Assembly (NCBI GenBank): GCA_963664825.1
Contig: OY761614.1
Span: 768,001 to 832,000, forward strand
DNA length: 64,000 nucleotides
Direction: 5' to 3'
Source: an uncultured Holophaga sp.
Lineage (GTDB): Bacteria; Acidobacteriota; Holophagae; Holophagales; Holophagaceae
The translations under genes were made by a program, and so were the position numbers. Of the stretch, positions 28,796 to 38,997 are shown piece by piece. Each line of letters opens with the position of its first letter. Position 1 is the stretch's first letter. Under the pieces are notes generated by a model. The model did no database searches and had not been told where the DNA came from. It saw only the letters and a list, made by a program, of their open reading frames with translations.

Positions 28796-30832
28796 TCAGA
28801 AGGCCAGCACGCTCCGGGCGGCGGCCAGGACCTTCTCGGTATTGGGCAGGATGGCCCGCTCCAGGATGCGGTTGAAGCCCACGGGGGTGAAGGTGGAACC
28901 CACCCGCTCCACGGGGGCGTCCAGCCAGGGGAAGCATTCCTTGGAGACCTGGGCGGCCAGTTCGCCGCCGAAGCCGCCGAAGACCTTGTCCTCGTGGGCC
29001 ACCAGCACGCGATGGGTCTTCCGAGCGCTGGCAAAGATCGTCTCGGTGTCCAGGGGCGACAGGCTGCGGAGATCCACCACCTCCACCTCGATGCCCTCTT
29101 TGCTCAGGCGGGAGGCGGCCTCCAGGGCGAAGTGCACGGGGGTGCCGTAGGCGAGGATGGTCAGGTCCTTGCCCTTGCGCCGCACCCGGGCCTTGCCGAA
29201 GGGCACGGCGAAGTCCACGGGGACATGGGTCTTGGCCAGGGCGGAGTTGTAGAGGAACTTGGGTTCCAGGTAGAGGGTCGTCCCCCGGGAGCGCAGGGCC
29301 GTCCGCAGCAGACCCGCGGCGTCATCGGCGAAGGCGGGCACCACGACCCTAATTCCGGGGAGGGTGGTGAGCCAGCCTTCCACGTTCTGGCTGTGGTAGA
29401 GGCCGCCGCCGATGTAGCCGCCGCTGGCCAGGCGGATGGTGATATTGGGGCTGAACTGGCCGTGGGTGCGCCAGTACTCGTGGCTGCATTCCACGATCTG
29501 TTCGGCGGCGGGCCAGACGTAATCGGCGAATTCGGCCCCTTCCACCACCACCCGGATCCTGTCATCGAAGCGGGAGAAACCATTGGCCGTGCCCACGATG
29601 AAGTCCTCGGCGATGGGCGCATTGAAGACCCTCCCCTTGCCGAATTCAAGTTGAAGGCCCTTGGACACATTGAAGATGCCGCCCTTCTCGCCATTGGCCA
29701 TGTCCTGGCCCCAGATAAAGGTGTCCGGGTTATGGCGGAATTCATCCTTCAGGGTCTGGTTCAGGGCGTGGAGGAGGGTGATGGCCTCGCCCTCCTCATG
29801 GTGGAGGCCTTCGGGGAACTTGTCGCTGATCCAGGGTCCGGGCAGCACGAAGTCGAAGATGCTGGCGGGGTCGGGATCCTGGGAGACGATGGCCGTCTCG
29901 GAAGCCGCGTTGTAGCGGGCCAGGTTCTCGGATTCGAGGGCCTCCAGTTCAGGTTCGGAGAGGCCCTGTTCCAGGCAATAGGCCCGGAAGCGAGGCAGGG
30001 GATCCTGGGCCTTGGCCGCGGCCAATTCCTGTGGGTCCCGGTACCAGTCCTGGCGATCCGAATTGGAATGGGCTCCGATGCGCACGCAGAGGGCGTAGAC
30101 CATGGCGGGCCCTTCTCCCGTGCGCACGTGGGCGATGGCCTCCCCCATGGCCCGCAGGCTATCGATCACATCGAGACCATCGCAGGTGAAGATGCGGAGA
30201 TGGGGCAGGCCGGAGAAGTTGTCGCAGAGATGCGCGTTGGCGGCCTGATCGCACTTGGGCACCGATATGCCGTAGCCGTTGTCCTGGATCACGAAGACCA
30301 CGGGCAGTTGTTCCCGGTCGGCCCCCACGATGGCCTCATAGCAATAGCCCTCGGAGAGGCTGGATTCCCCCTGGCTGCTATAGACGATGGCCTCGCTCCG
30401 GTAATACTTGGCGGCTCGGGCCAGTCCCGCGGCGTGCTGCACGTGGTTGCCCGTGAGGCTCGAGACGTTCTGGATGCCGATCTCGGGCTTGGCGAAGTGA
30501 TTGGACATGTGGCGACCGCCCCCGGCCACGTCGTCCTGCTTGGAGATGCCATTGAGGATGATCTCCAGGGGTGTGAGGCCCGCCGCCAGGCAGGTGAGCA
30601 GGTCCCGGTAGTAGGGGAAGAGGTAGTCCTGCCCGGCCCGGAAGCTGAGGCCCAGGGCCAGCTGGATGCCTTCGTGGCCGGCGCAGGGCGCGTGATAAGA
30701 CCATCCGAGGGCCTGTTTGAGGTAATTGGGCGCCTTGTCGTCCAGCACACGGCCCAGATGCATGAGGCCGTACCATCGCTTGAGTTCAGCGCAGTCCGGG
30801 TGCAGCCCTGGGGCGGCGGCCTTCTCCAACAT
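28796..30832 (-). CDS. Fused 2-oxoacid dehydrogenase E1 alpha/beta (branched-chain type likely)
   Basis: Start MLEKAAAP; GHEGIQ, FPYYRD, GGRHMSNH, QDNGYGISVP, HSNSD (alpha); WGQD, RVFNAPIAE, GGLYHSQ, EVVDLRSLSPLD (beta). Confidence 0.9.
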   Translation of the reverse strand: MLEKAAAPGLHPDCAELKRWYGLMHLGRVLDDKAPNYLKQALGWSYHAPCAGHEGIQLALGLSFRAGQDYLFPYYRDLLTCLAAGLTPLEIILNGISKQDDVAGGGRHMSNHFAKPEIGIQNVSSLTGNHVQHAAGLARAAKYYRSEAIVYSSQGESSLSEGYCYEAIVGADREQLPVVFVIQDNGYGISVPKCDQAANAHLCDNFSGLPHLRIFTCDGLDVIDSLRAMGEAIAHVRTGEGPAMVYALCVRIGAHSNSDRQDWYRDPQELAAAKAQDPLPRFRAYCLEQGLSEPELEALESENLARYNAASETAIVSQDPDPASIFDFVLPGPWISDKFPEGLHHEEGEAITLLHALNQTLKDEFRHNPDTFIWGQDMANGEKGGIFNVSKGLQLEFGKGRVFNAPIAEDFIVGTANGFSRFDDRIRVVVEGAEFADYVWPAAEQIVECSHEYWRTHGQFSPNITIRLASGGYIGGGLYHSQNVEGWLTTLPGIRVVVPAFADDAAGLLRTALRSRGTTLYLEPKFLYNSALAKTHVPVDFAVPFGKARVRRKGKDLTILAYGTPVHFALEAASRLSKEGIEVEVVDLRSLSPLDTETIFASARKTHRVLVAHEDKVFGGFGGELAAQVSKECFPWLDAPVERVGSTFTPVGFNRILERAILPNTEKVLAAARSVLAF

Positions 30833-30887
30833 GGGGATTTCCAAGTCTTGCCTCCCTACCTCTGATGCACTCAAGGGGGGGAAGCGT

Positions 30888-31970
30888 TCACCAGGGATTC
30901 GTGATATCGGCCAAATCCTCCGGGCGCTCCAGCAGGAGATCCCAGACCACCTCGGGAGCCCCGAGTTCCTGGCTGCGCTGCAAGGCCAGGGCGGCCCGCC
31001 GGATCCCATGGGTGAGCACCAGATCGTCCCGATCGGCCTTGTGGATGGGGCTCCAGAGGGTGGCTCCCATGGCCATGGGGCCGAGCCTCAGCAGGATGCG
31101 GTCCAGCAGGATCTGGGCGCCCTTCTGGGCCGTGCGGGGCAGGAGAAGAAGAAATTCCTCCCGTCCCAGGTCCACCAGCAGATCCTCCCCCCGCAGGGCC
31201 TCGGAGATCTCCTGGAGCGCATGCTTGACCTCCCGGTCCAGGGGCATCCGCCAGCGCACCACGGCCATGCACTCGCAGCGGCGGCGCGCCAGGAAGAGAT
31301 TGGCCTTGAGCCAGATATCCAGATAGTGCAGGTTGGGTAGCCGGGAGCCGGGGGCCTCCAGGGCGCTATCCTCCACCACCGCGGTAGTGAGATCCAGGGC
31401 ATCCCGGGTCACCTGGAGTTCGTGCTTGAGCTGTTCGACCTCCAGGGTCTTGCCGAAGAGATTGGCCAGGGCCTTCACCATGGCGACCTCCGCGCGGCTG
31501 AAGGCCTTGGGCCGCCCACTGGTGACGGAAAGCACGCCCCGGATCCGCCCCGCGGGGTCGAGGGAGGCTCCCAGATAGGCCCTCACGCCCAGTTCCCGGG
31601 TGGCGCAGTGATCCTTCCAGGTCGGGTCCGTGGTGGCATCGCGGATCATCAGCGTGCGCCCCGGATGCTCCAGCACATGAGGACAGAAGGTGTGGGCGGG
31701 TTCATGGATGGCCTGGTCCGGCCGCACGCCCTCGGCGGTGGCCCACCAGAAAGCCTCCCAGCCCAGTTCCGTCAGGCGGCTCATCACCGCGCAATCCACC
31801 CCCAGCTGCTGGACCAGCAGCGCTAAGCCATGGTCGAAGAGCTGGGTGGGATTGGGAAAGACCCGGTCTACCAGCTCTCCCAGGGCGTGCAGGTGATTGC
31901 TGGAGAGGCTCCCCCGCACGGAACGTGCGTGCGTGGACGCCGTGCGCGTGCGCTTCGGGAGATCGGTCAT
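30888..31970 (-). CDS. GAF domain + degenerate GGDEF-like domain protein
   Basis: GAF (TFCPHV, GVRAYLGASL, GVLSV..FSRAE); C-terminal SRLPN..YL, LRGEDLLVDLGREEFLLLLP where GG(D/E)EF is replaced by GREEF. Confidence 0.7.
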   Translation of the reverse strand: MTDLPKRTRTASTHARSVRGSLSSNHLHALGELVDRVFPNPTQLFDHGLALLVQQLGVDCAVMSRLTELGWEAFWWATAEGVRPDQAIHEPAHTFCPHVLEHPGRTLMIRDATTDPTWKDHCATRELGVRAYLGASLDPAGRIRGVLSVTSGRPKAFSRAEVAMVKALANLFGKTLEVEQLKHELQVTRDALDLTTAVVEDSALEAPGSRLPNLHYLDIWLKANLFLARRRCECMAVVRWRMPLDREVKHALQEISEALRGEDLLVDLGREEFLLLLPRTAQKGAQILLDRILLRLGPMAMGATLWSPIHKADRDDLVLTHGIRRAALALQRSQELGAPEVVWDLLLERPEDLADITNPW

Positions 31971-32110
31971 GGCGGAACCCGTGGAGTGGAGAAAGAATAC
32001 GCCCGATTCCGGTCCTGACGGATCGGACCTTTAGATAATCGGACGAACCTCAAATCGCCCCAGGCGATTCGCCAGGGCTGCCCCCTGAGTTATTCACAGA
32101 AAATGGGTCC

Positions 32111-32653
32111 TCAGTAGCTGATCACCCGGATGGCCGGGTCCACTTCCTCCTGAAGGATCCCTTCGATGTAGGCGAGGGTGCCCCCCTGGGCGCTAGGGCA
32201 GGAACCGCAGGCGCCGTGATAGCTGATCTGAAGGGTGGTGCCATCGAAATCGAGCACCTCCACGCCGCCTCCGTCCCCTGCGAGACCAGGCCGGACGCGC
32301 TCGTCCAGGAGGGCGTTGATGCGCAGAAGTTTCTCGTCGGCGCTGCCCCCGGGAAGACCGGGGGTCTGCTGTCCCACTTCCTCTTCGGAATTCTGGGATT
32401 CCACCACGTCACAGACCGCATCGATGAGATCGCTCCAGTCGGCCCCGGGCTCCTTATTCACCGTCACGAAGCGGTCCATGTAGAACACAGAGGTCACGCC
32501 CCCTAGGGCGAAGAGCGCCGAACCCAGGGGATCCCCCACGGCTGCACCGAAGTCCCGGAAGGAGCGGACGCCGGACTTGAGGATGGGCCGCTGGAGAATG
32601 AACTTCAGCGCATCGGGATTGGGTGTGGGTTCGATATTGATGACCTTGGGCAT
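32111..32653 (-). CDS. NifU/Nfu-family Fe-S cluster carrier
   Basis: EPTPNPDALKF (Nfu N domain); VRPGLAGDGGG, YHGACGSCPS (CxxC). Confidence 0.9.
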   Translation of the reverse strand: MPKVINIEPTPNPDALKFILQRPILKSGVRSFRDFGAAVGDPLGSALFALGGVTSVFYMDRFVTVNKEPGADWSDLIDAVCDVVESQNSEEEVGQQTPGLPGGSADEKLLRINALLDERVRPGLAGDGGGVEVLDFDGTTLQISYHGACGSCPSAQGGTLAYIEGILQEEVDPAIRVISY

Positions 32654-32727
32654 CGGAGACCTCTGGGCCTTTATACCTTACCATTTCTGTCAGGTTTGAC
32701 CACACCGAATCGTCCCATACTGATGCC

Positions 32728-33408
32728 ATGACGAAGAAGGTCCTGCTGCCCTGGTCCAGCGGAAAAGATGCGGCCTGGGTACTGCACCTGTTGCAGGATG
32801 ACCCTGGAATCGAAGTGGCGGGACTGCTCACCACGGTGAGCGCCTCTACGAAACGAGTGGCCATGCATGGCGTCCGGGAATCCCTTCTGGAACTCCAGGC
32901 CCAGGCTGCGGGCCTGCCCCTCTGGAAGATCCCCTTGCCCTGGCCCTGCCCCAATGAGGTCTATGGGGTCCGCATGTCTGAGGCCATGGCGCGCATGCGG
33001 GAGGAAGGGATCGCGGCAGTGGCTTACGGGGATTTCTTCCTGGCCGATATCCGCGCCTACCGCGAGGCCCGCCACGCAGACTCGGGCATCGAGGCGCTCT
33101 TTCCCCTCTGGGGCCGCGACACGCCCACCCTGGCGCGGGAGATGATCGCCGGCGGACTCCAAGCCCGCCTCGCCTGCGTGGACACTTCGCGACTCGAAGG
33201 CCGCTTCGCGGGTCGACCCTTCGACCTCGAACTGCTGGCTGCACTTCCATCCACCGTGGACCCCTGCGGCGAGAACGGCGAGTTTCACACCTTCGTCCTG
33301 GACGGCCCCATGTTCCTCCATCCCGTGCCCGTTCAATCGGGCGACACAACCCTGCGCGATGGCTTCGCCTTCGCCGATCTGCTGCCCACCCCTGAATCCG
33401 AGCGATGA
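32728..33408 (+). CDS. PP-loop ATPase (diphthine-ammonia ligase/DUF71-like)
   Basis: WSSGKDA, RVAMHGVR, GDFFL, FPLWG, VDPCGENGEFHTFVLDGPMF. Confidence 0.85.
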   Translation: MTKKVLLPWSSGKDAAWVLHLLQDDPGIEVAGLLTTVSASTKRVAMHGVRESLLELQAQAAGLPLWKIPLPWPCPNEVYGVRMSEAMARMREEGIAAVAYGDFFLADIRAYREARHADSGIEALFPLWGRDTPTLAREMIAGGLQARLACVDTSRLEGRFAGRPFDLELLAALPSTVDPCGENGEFHTFVLDGPMFLHPVPVQSGDTTLRDGFAFADLLPTPESER

Positions 33409-34541
33409 ATGCCATGATCCCCATTCCTAATTTTCCCCGCGCGCTGGCCAGGGCCTTCCTGACCGCCCTGGGGCCTCTGCTCGCGGCCCAGGCTGCGGGC
33501 AGTCCTCTGCCCATCGTGGCCCTGGAAACCCTTGCCGCGAAGGATTGCCAACCCAATCCGGATGCAGGAATCCCCCCAAGAGCCCGCGCGGCCCTGGAAC
33601 ACTTCAAGGACCATCTGGGCCCCTGGATCCAAAAGCAGCTGACTTCCCTGCCCGATGGTTCGACGGCCGAACTCGGGCAGCGGCTCTCCCAGAGCCTGGA
33701 GTCCCTCGCGGCCCAGGCCCCCAAACCCGAGGACAGTTTCTGGCACCCCCTGCGCTTCCAGGTGGAGACGCCGGAGGCTCATTCGGAGCTCATTGCCGTC
33801 ACCGCGCGCTTCGGCATCGATGCCACCCTGCTGCTCTTCCGGCGGGGCGAGGGGGGCTGGAAGCTCCTCTGGCAGGACCGGGCCCCGGCCTTCGACGATA
33901 TCGATGGCGCCTTCGGCAGCTACACCACCGCTTTCACACCCAAGGGCACCGACGGGGCCTTCTTCCTCGCCGCCGCCCGCATCACACCCTGGTACCAGTC
34001 CCACTGGCAGACGGCGGAACTGCGCGTATTCCGCATCGACCCGGACGGCCAGGCCCGGAAGATCGGCGCCCGGGAGGAAGGGGTCTTCCTCGGGGTCGAG
34101 GACCCCATGTCCCTCAAGGCCCAGGACGCCCAGCACATCGTCCTCCGGCTGCGGGCAGCCTCCAATGATCCCGTCCGCCACACCTTCTCAAGGGTCTTCC
34201 ATCTGAGCCTGGATCCCGGAGGCCTCCACCGGGTGCCACCCTACGCCGAAACGCCCCTGGATCTGGCGGACGAGTGGCTGAGTCTGCCCTGGCCCGAGGC
34301 CGCGGCCCTCAACGATAGCGCAAGCCTCAAGCGGCTCAAGCCCCTCCATGCCCGGCTCAGCGATCACGAAGAGGACCTCCTGAATTTCGATGAGAAGGCC
34401 ACACTGGACCAGGCCAGCGGCCTCTGGGAACTCCGCGCCGAACTGGAGCGGGACGAGAAGGTGGAAGACTACGTGTTCCGCATCGGGAAAACCGAGGGAG
34501 AACTCCGGGTCCTGGATGTGCTGCGCCAGCACAAGCCCTGA
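33405..34541 (+). CDS. Secreted hypothetical protein
   Basis: 378-aa ORF with ATGA overlap to the upstream gene, signal-like N-terminus, host-like codon use; no motif recognised. Confidence 0.6.
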   Translation: MNAMIPIPNFPRALARAFLTALGPLLAAQAAGSPLPIVALETLAAKDCQPNPDAGIPPRARAALEHFKDHLGPWIQKQLTSLPDGSTAELGQRLSQSLESLAAQAPKPEDSFWHPLRFQVETPEAHSELIAVTARFGIDATLLLFRRGEGGWKLLWQDRAPAFDDIDGAFGSYTTAFTPKGTDGAFFLAAARITPWYQSHWQTAELRVFRIDPDGQARKIGAREEGVFLGVEDPMSLKAQDAQHIVLRLRAASNDPVRHTFSRVFHLSLDPGGLHRVPPYAETPLDLADEWLSLPWPEAAALNDSASLKRLKPLHARLSDHEEDLLNFDEKATLDQASGLWELRAELERDEKVEDYVFRIGKTEGELRVLDVLRQHKP

Positions 34542-34604
34542 GCGCCGCGTGTTCTCAATCGGCTTGCGACGGGTCAATGGAAAAGAATTAATTGGGAGGT
34601 CCTG

Positions 34605-35384
34605 ATGTTTGAAGCCCAGCGTGAAGCGTGTGTGGAGGCGGCTCTGGCCGGCGGACGGGTGCTGGTGCCCTATTTCCGGAAGCTCGAACCGAGCGCCATC
34701 ACGGAGAAATCGAAGAACGACTACGTGAGCGACGCCGACCGGGCCTCGGAAGCCGCCATCAAGGCCGAACTGGATAGGCGGTTTCCCGGCTACGCCTTCC
34801 TCGGGGAGGAGAGCGGCGCCTCTGGTGAGAACGCCCGGATGTGGATCGTGGACCCCTTGGACGGCACCCTCAATTTCGTCCAGGGATTCCCCCAATGGTG
34901 CGTCTCCATCGCCCTCTGGGACGCCCAGGGCCCCATCGTGGGATGCGTCTGGGACCCTCTGCGGGAAGACCTCTTCGTGGCCACCCGAGGTGAGGGCGCC
35001 ACCTGGAACGGACAACCCATGTCCATCTCTTCCCAGGCCAGCCTCGATGGCGCGTTTCTCTCCACGGGCTTCGCCTTCCAATTGGGGGAACGCTTCCGGA
35101 TCTACAGCAAGGCCCTCGAAGCGGCCTTCTACCGCGCCAAGGGCATCCGCAGGGCCGGCAGCGCCGCCCTGGATCTAGCCCATGTGGCCGCGGGCATCTA
35201 CGACGGTTTCTTCGAGATGGGCCTCCAGAAGTGGGATATGGCCGCAGGGGTCCTGTTGGTGCAGGAGGCGGGGGGCCTGATCTCCGACTGGCAGGGCGGC
35301 GATCAATGGTTCCAGACAGGCAATGTCATCGCCGGGAACCTCTGGGTGCAGCAGGGTATGGTCGACGCGTTCCGCCCTCAGTGA
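34605..35384 (+). CDS. suhB: Inositol monophosphatase family
   Basis: DYVSDAD, LGEE, WIVDPLDGTLNF, IRRAGSAALDLAHVAAG, WDMAAG. Confidence 0.9.
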   Translation: MFEAQREACVEAALAGGRVLVPYFRKLEPSAITEKSKNDYVSDADRASEAAIKAELDRRFPGYAFLGEESGASGENARMWIVDPLDGTLNFVQGFPQWCVSIALWDAQGPIVGCVWDPLREDLFVATRGEGATWNGQPMSISSQASLDGAFLSTGFAFQLGERFRIYSKALEAAFYRAKGIRRAGSAALDLAHVAAGIYDGFFEMGLQKWDMAAGVLLVQEAGGLISDWQGGDQWFQTGNVIAGNLWVQQGMVDAFRPQ

Positions 35385-36382
35385 GGAGCCTTTTCCTCGC
35401 CCTTGGAGGCCTTGGGTAATTCCAGGAAACGCACCTTCCCGCTGGCCAGATCATAGATGGCCGGAACCACCTGGAGCTTCCCGGTCCCCACTAAATGTCG
35501 CACGATCTCGCTATGGTCCAGCACCACCTGGGCTTGGCGGAGGGCGTTGTTCGTCTCCAGATGCCGCAGATGCTCCTGGGCGCTCTCGTTGGGATCCTCA
35601 AGGGTGGTCTCCAGCAGGCCCGCCATGGCGGCCTGGAAGGACCAGAGATTGCCCGGCAGGGGCTTGCCCCCCGCCTCCAGGACGGCCTTCACCGCCCCGC
35701 AATTCGTGTGCCCCAGCACCACCACGAGCTTGGAGCCCAGGTGTTCCACGGCGTATTCCACCGAGGCCACCCCTTGGATATCCGGGCAGTTGCCCGCTTC
35801 GCGGATGGTGAAGAGACGGCCCAGCTCCTGATCGAAGATGAAGTTATCCATCAGGCGGCTATCGGAGCAGGTGACAATGACGGCAAAGGGCGCCTGCCCC
35901 TTGGAGAGTTCTTCCCGAAGGGCGGGATCCTGGGAGGCCATCAGGGAACGCACCCGCCTCCCCTCCACGAAGCGCAGATTGCCAGTCTTCAGCTCCAATA
36001 GGGCCGCCTCGGGGGTCTTGATTTCCATTGGGGCGCTGAAGTCCTTTTTCGCCAGGGCCTCCTGGAGCCGGGCATTCTCCGCCAACAGCCGGGAGGCCCT
36101 CGCCTCGGCCTCGGCCAAGCGCTTGGCCTCCTCGGGTTTCACGGCGGGCACCGCCCTCATCTTGGGCTTGGGTTTGGGGGCGGGCCGCTCGACCTTGGCC
36201 AGGGCTTCCGGAGCCTGGGTGGCCTTCCCCTCCGTTTCTGGAACGGCCACGGAACCATGCTTCTTGACCGCCTTGGCGGGCACGACCTTTTCCGTCTCGA
36301 TGGCCTTGGGCGGTTCCCCCGGGGTTCCGGGCAGGAGATTCAGGCAAAGGGCCAGGCTGAGTATGGAGATCGGATCGAACAT
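35378..36382 (-). CDS. Beta-class carbonic anhydrase with signal peptide and Pro/Ala/Lys-rich linker
   Basis: Start MFDPISIL; GNLRF, GQAPFAVIVTCSDSR, SVEYAVEHL, VLGHTNCGAV, YDLASGKV. Confidence 0.88.
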   Translation of the reverse strand: MFDPISILSLALCLNLLPGTPGEPPKAIETEKVVPAKAVKKHGSVAVPETEGKATQAPEALAKVERPAPKPKPKMRAVPAVKPEEAKRLAEAEARASRLLAENARLQEALAKKDFSAPMEIKTPEAALLELKTGNLRFVEGRRVRSLMASQDPALREELSKGQAPFAVIVTCSDSRLMDNFIFDQELGRLFTIREAGNCPDIQGVASVEYAVEHLGSKLVVVLGHTNCGAVKAVLEAGGKPLPGNLWSFQAAMAGLLETTLEDPNESAQEHLRHLETNNALRQAQVVLDHSEIVRHLVGTGKLQVVPAIYDLASGKVRFLELPKASKGEEKAPH

Positions 36383-36473
36383 GAAAGGCCTCGGGTTCCC
36401 TTCCATCATCGGCAGGCCACCCCAGGTCTTCAATCCTGACGGCCCCACGCGCATGCCCTCGGGTTCACCAGCC

Positions 36474-37760
36474 TCACTCGTACCTCAGCGCCTCAATCGG
36501 ATCCTGCTTGGCCGCCTTCAATGCGGGCCACATGCCGAAGATGAGGCCAATGGCCGTGCTCACGCCGAATCCCAGGACGATGGACCAGAGGGGCGCCGCC
36601 GTGGGGAAGTCGAAGGCCAGCCGAGCCAGGAGACCGACGCCAAGCCCCGCGGCGATACCGATGGCCCCGCCCACTCCGGTGAGCGAAATGGCCTCCACCA
36701 GGAACTGGGCTGCGATATCCCGGCGGGTGGCGCCCATGGCTTTCCGAACTCCGATCTCCCGTGTGCGCTCGGTGACCGTCACCAGCATGATGTTCATCAC
36801 GCCCACACCCCCCACCAAGAGGGCAATGCCCGCGATGAGGATCATGGCCCCGGCCACCCCTCCGGTGATCTGCCGGAACTGCTCCAGCTGGGCCTCGCTG
36901 GTGAATATGGCAAAGTCGTTGGGCTGGTTGGGCCTCAGGCCCCGCCGGGCCCGCAGGATGGCCACTTCCTGGTCGGTCATGGCCACCATGCCCTTGGGAT
37001 CCTTGGGGATGGTGGCGATGTGGAGGGTATCCCCGCCGCCATTCTTCACTTGGGGGAAGAGTTCGTCGAAGGTGCTGATGGGGATGAACACGATGTTATT
37101 GGCGCCCCCATCCCCGAATTCGGGCTTCTTCTCCAGGGTCCCGATCACCTGGAAGGGCATTCCATTGACCATCAGTTCCTGGCCGATGGGATCCTTCCGA
37201 GGCCAGAGGGCCTTCACTACATCCTGGCCCACCACGCAGGTGCGGGCGGAATGGCTGAGATCGGCCTCTACGAAGAAGCGCCCATCCTCGACGACGCTAT
37301 TATTGGCCGGCATGTAATCGGGGTTCGTGCCGCAGAAGATGGGTCCATTGGCCTCATCCCCCCGGCGGTTCTTGAGGGTGAGCCCTTCTCCGGGGTGGTA
37401 GCGCTCCTGGGAGACCGCCGCCGCCAGGGTCGACAGGCGCTTCAAGGCCTCGGCATCCTCCCGGTTCAGATCCCGGCGATGCCGCTGTTCTTCAGGGATG
37501 CCCCCGGGGCCGAAGCGCGCCTCGTACTTCTGGAACTGCACCAGCGTGGTACCGAAGGCCGTGAAGGCTTCGGTCACCGAGTTATTGAAACCCACCACGA
37601 AGCTCACCATGGCGATCACCGTGGCCACCCCTGCGGTGATGCCCAGGAGGGTGAGGCTGCTCCGAAGCTTCTGGGCCAGGATCGCCCTCATGGCGAAACG
37701 GAAGTTCTCCCGGCTGATGGCCCGGAGGACTCTCGGTTTGTGGAGGGCAGCAGAGGCCAT
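36474..37760 (-). CDS. MacB/FtsX-like ABC transporter permease
   Basis: KLRSSLTLLGI, LLVGGVGVMNIMLVTVTERTREIGVRKAMGA, DPIEALRYE. Confidence 0.92.
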   Translation of the reverse strand: MASAALHKPRVLRAISRENFRFAMRAILAQKLRSSLTLLGITAGVATVIAMVSFVVGFNNSVTEAFTAFGTTLVQFQKYEARFGPGGIPEEQRHRRDLNREDAEALKRLSTLAAAVSQERYHPGEGLTLKNRRGDEANGPIFCGTNPDYMPANNSVVEDGRFFVEADLSHSARTCVVGQDVVKALWPRKDPIGQELMVNGMPFQVIGTLEKKPEFGDGGANNIVFIPISTFDELFPQVKNGGGDTLHIATIPKDPKGMVAMTDQEVAILRARRGLRPNQPNDFAIFTSEAQLEQFRQITGGVAGAMILIAGIALLVGGVGVMNIMLVTVTERTREIGVRKAMGATRRDIAAQFLVEAISLTGVGGAIGIAAGLGVGLLARLAFDFPTAAPLWSIVLGFGVSTAIGLIFGMWPALKAAKQDPIEALRYE

Positions 37761-37763
37761 GGC

Positions 37764-38987
37764 TCACTCCGCCCGGATGGCGTCGATGACGACGAGATTC
37801 GAGGCGCGCCAGGCCGGGAGGAAGCCCGCGGCGAGCCCTACGAAGGTCGAAAGGGCGATGCCCGCCAGGATGATGCCGCTGGTGAGTTCGGCGGGGAAAC
37901 CCACCAGTCCCTTCACCAGCATGGCCGCCGCCCCTCCCAGGAGCACACCCACCACCCCTCCGGAGAGGGAAAGCAGGGCAGCCTCCAGCAGGAACTGGGA
38001 GCGGATGTCCTTCTTGCGGGCGCCGATGGCCAGGCGGATGCCGATCTCCGGCGTGCGCTCCGTCACGCTCACCAGCATGATGTTCATGATCACGATGCCC
38101 CCTACGCCCAGGCTCACCGAGGCCACCAGGACCATGAGGATGAAGGCCGCGCCGCTGATCTGGCGCCAGATCGCTTGAGCGGCCTCCTGGGTGATGATGC
38201 CGAAGGGATCGGGGGCCCGGAAGCTCGTATGCCGCATGGCGCGCAGGAGCGCCCGGGTCTCATCCAGGGAGGCCTCCATCCCGGCCACCCCACCGGTGGG
38301 CTTCACGTAGATCTCCAGGGACTGATTGGCGGCCATGAAATTGGTCCGGTAGACCTGCAGGGGCAGGTAGACCCGGTTGTCCTGGGTGAAGCCGATGCTG
38401 CGGCCCTGCTTGGGCATGAGGCCGATCACGCGGAAGGGCAGGCCTCGCACCAATACGGTCTTCCCGATGGGGTCCAGGCCCGGAAAGAGCTCGTCCCGCA
38501 CATTGGCGCCGATGACGGCCACGGGCCGGAAGGCGTCGTTCTCCATCTCCGTGAAGAAGCTGCCCGCCTCGAATTCCAGACTGAAGAGCCGGGCAAAATT
38601 GGGCGTGACTCCCGTGATCTGCACATCCTCCAGACGGCGCGTGCCCGCATTCACCGCGCCTCGCTGGCCCGTGCCCGCCCCGATCAGTTCGACCCGGTTC
38701 AGCGAAGAAGCCGCGCGCTGGTATTCCTGCCAGGTGACGGGAGGGCGCTTCAGGGCGTCCAGGAACTCCTTGCGGCTTTGGATGATGCCGAAGCGGGTGA
38801 GGATGTAGACATCCGGCGAGAGGACGATCACCTTGTCGCGCACATAGGCGTTCAGGCCATTGATGATGCTCACCACGCCCACGATTGTCGTGACGCCGAT
38901 GATGACCCCCAGCAGGGTGAGGAAGCTCCTCAGCTTGTGGGCCCGCAAGGCGCGCAGGGAGATATGCAGGGTTTCCGAGAATTTCAT
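37764..38987 (-). CDS. MacB/FtsX-like ABC transporter permease
   Basis: [50 protein letters not shown]. Confidence 0.92.
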   Translation of the reverse strand: MKFSETLHISLRALRAHKLRSFLTLLGVIIGVTTIVGVVSIINGLNAYVRDKVIVLSPDVYILTRFGIIQSRKEFLDALKRPPVTWQEYQRAASSLNRVELIGAGTGQRGAVNAGTRRLEDVQITGVTPNFARLFSLEFEAGSFFTEMENDAFRPVAVIGANVRDELFPGLDPIGKTVLVRGLPFRVIGLMPKQGRSIGFTQDNRVYLPLQVYRTNFMAANQSLEIYVKPTGGVAGMEASLDETRALLRAMRHTSFRAPDPFGIITQEAAQAIWRQISGAAFILMVLVASVSLGVGGIVIMNIMLVSVTERTPEIGIRLAIGARKKDIRSQFLLEAALLSLSGGVVGVLLGGAAAMLVKGLVGFPAELTSGIILAGIALSTFVGLAAGFLPAWRASNLVVIDAIRAE

Positions 38988-38997
38988 GGGAGCCCCG

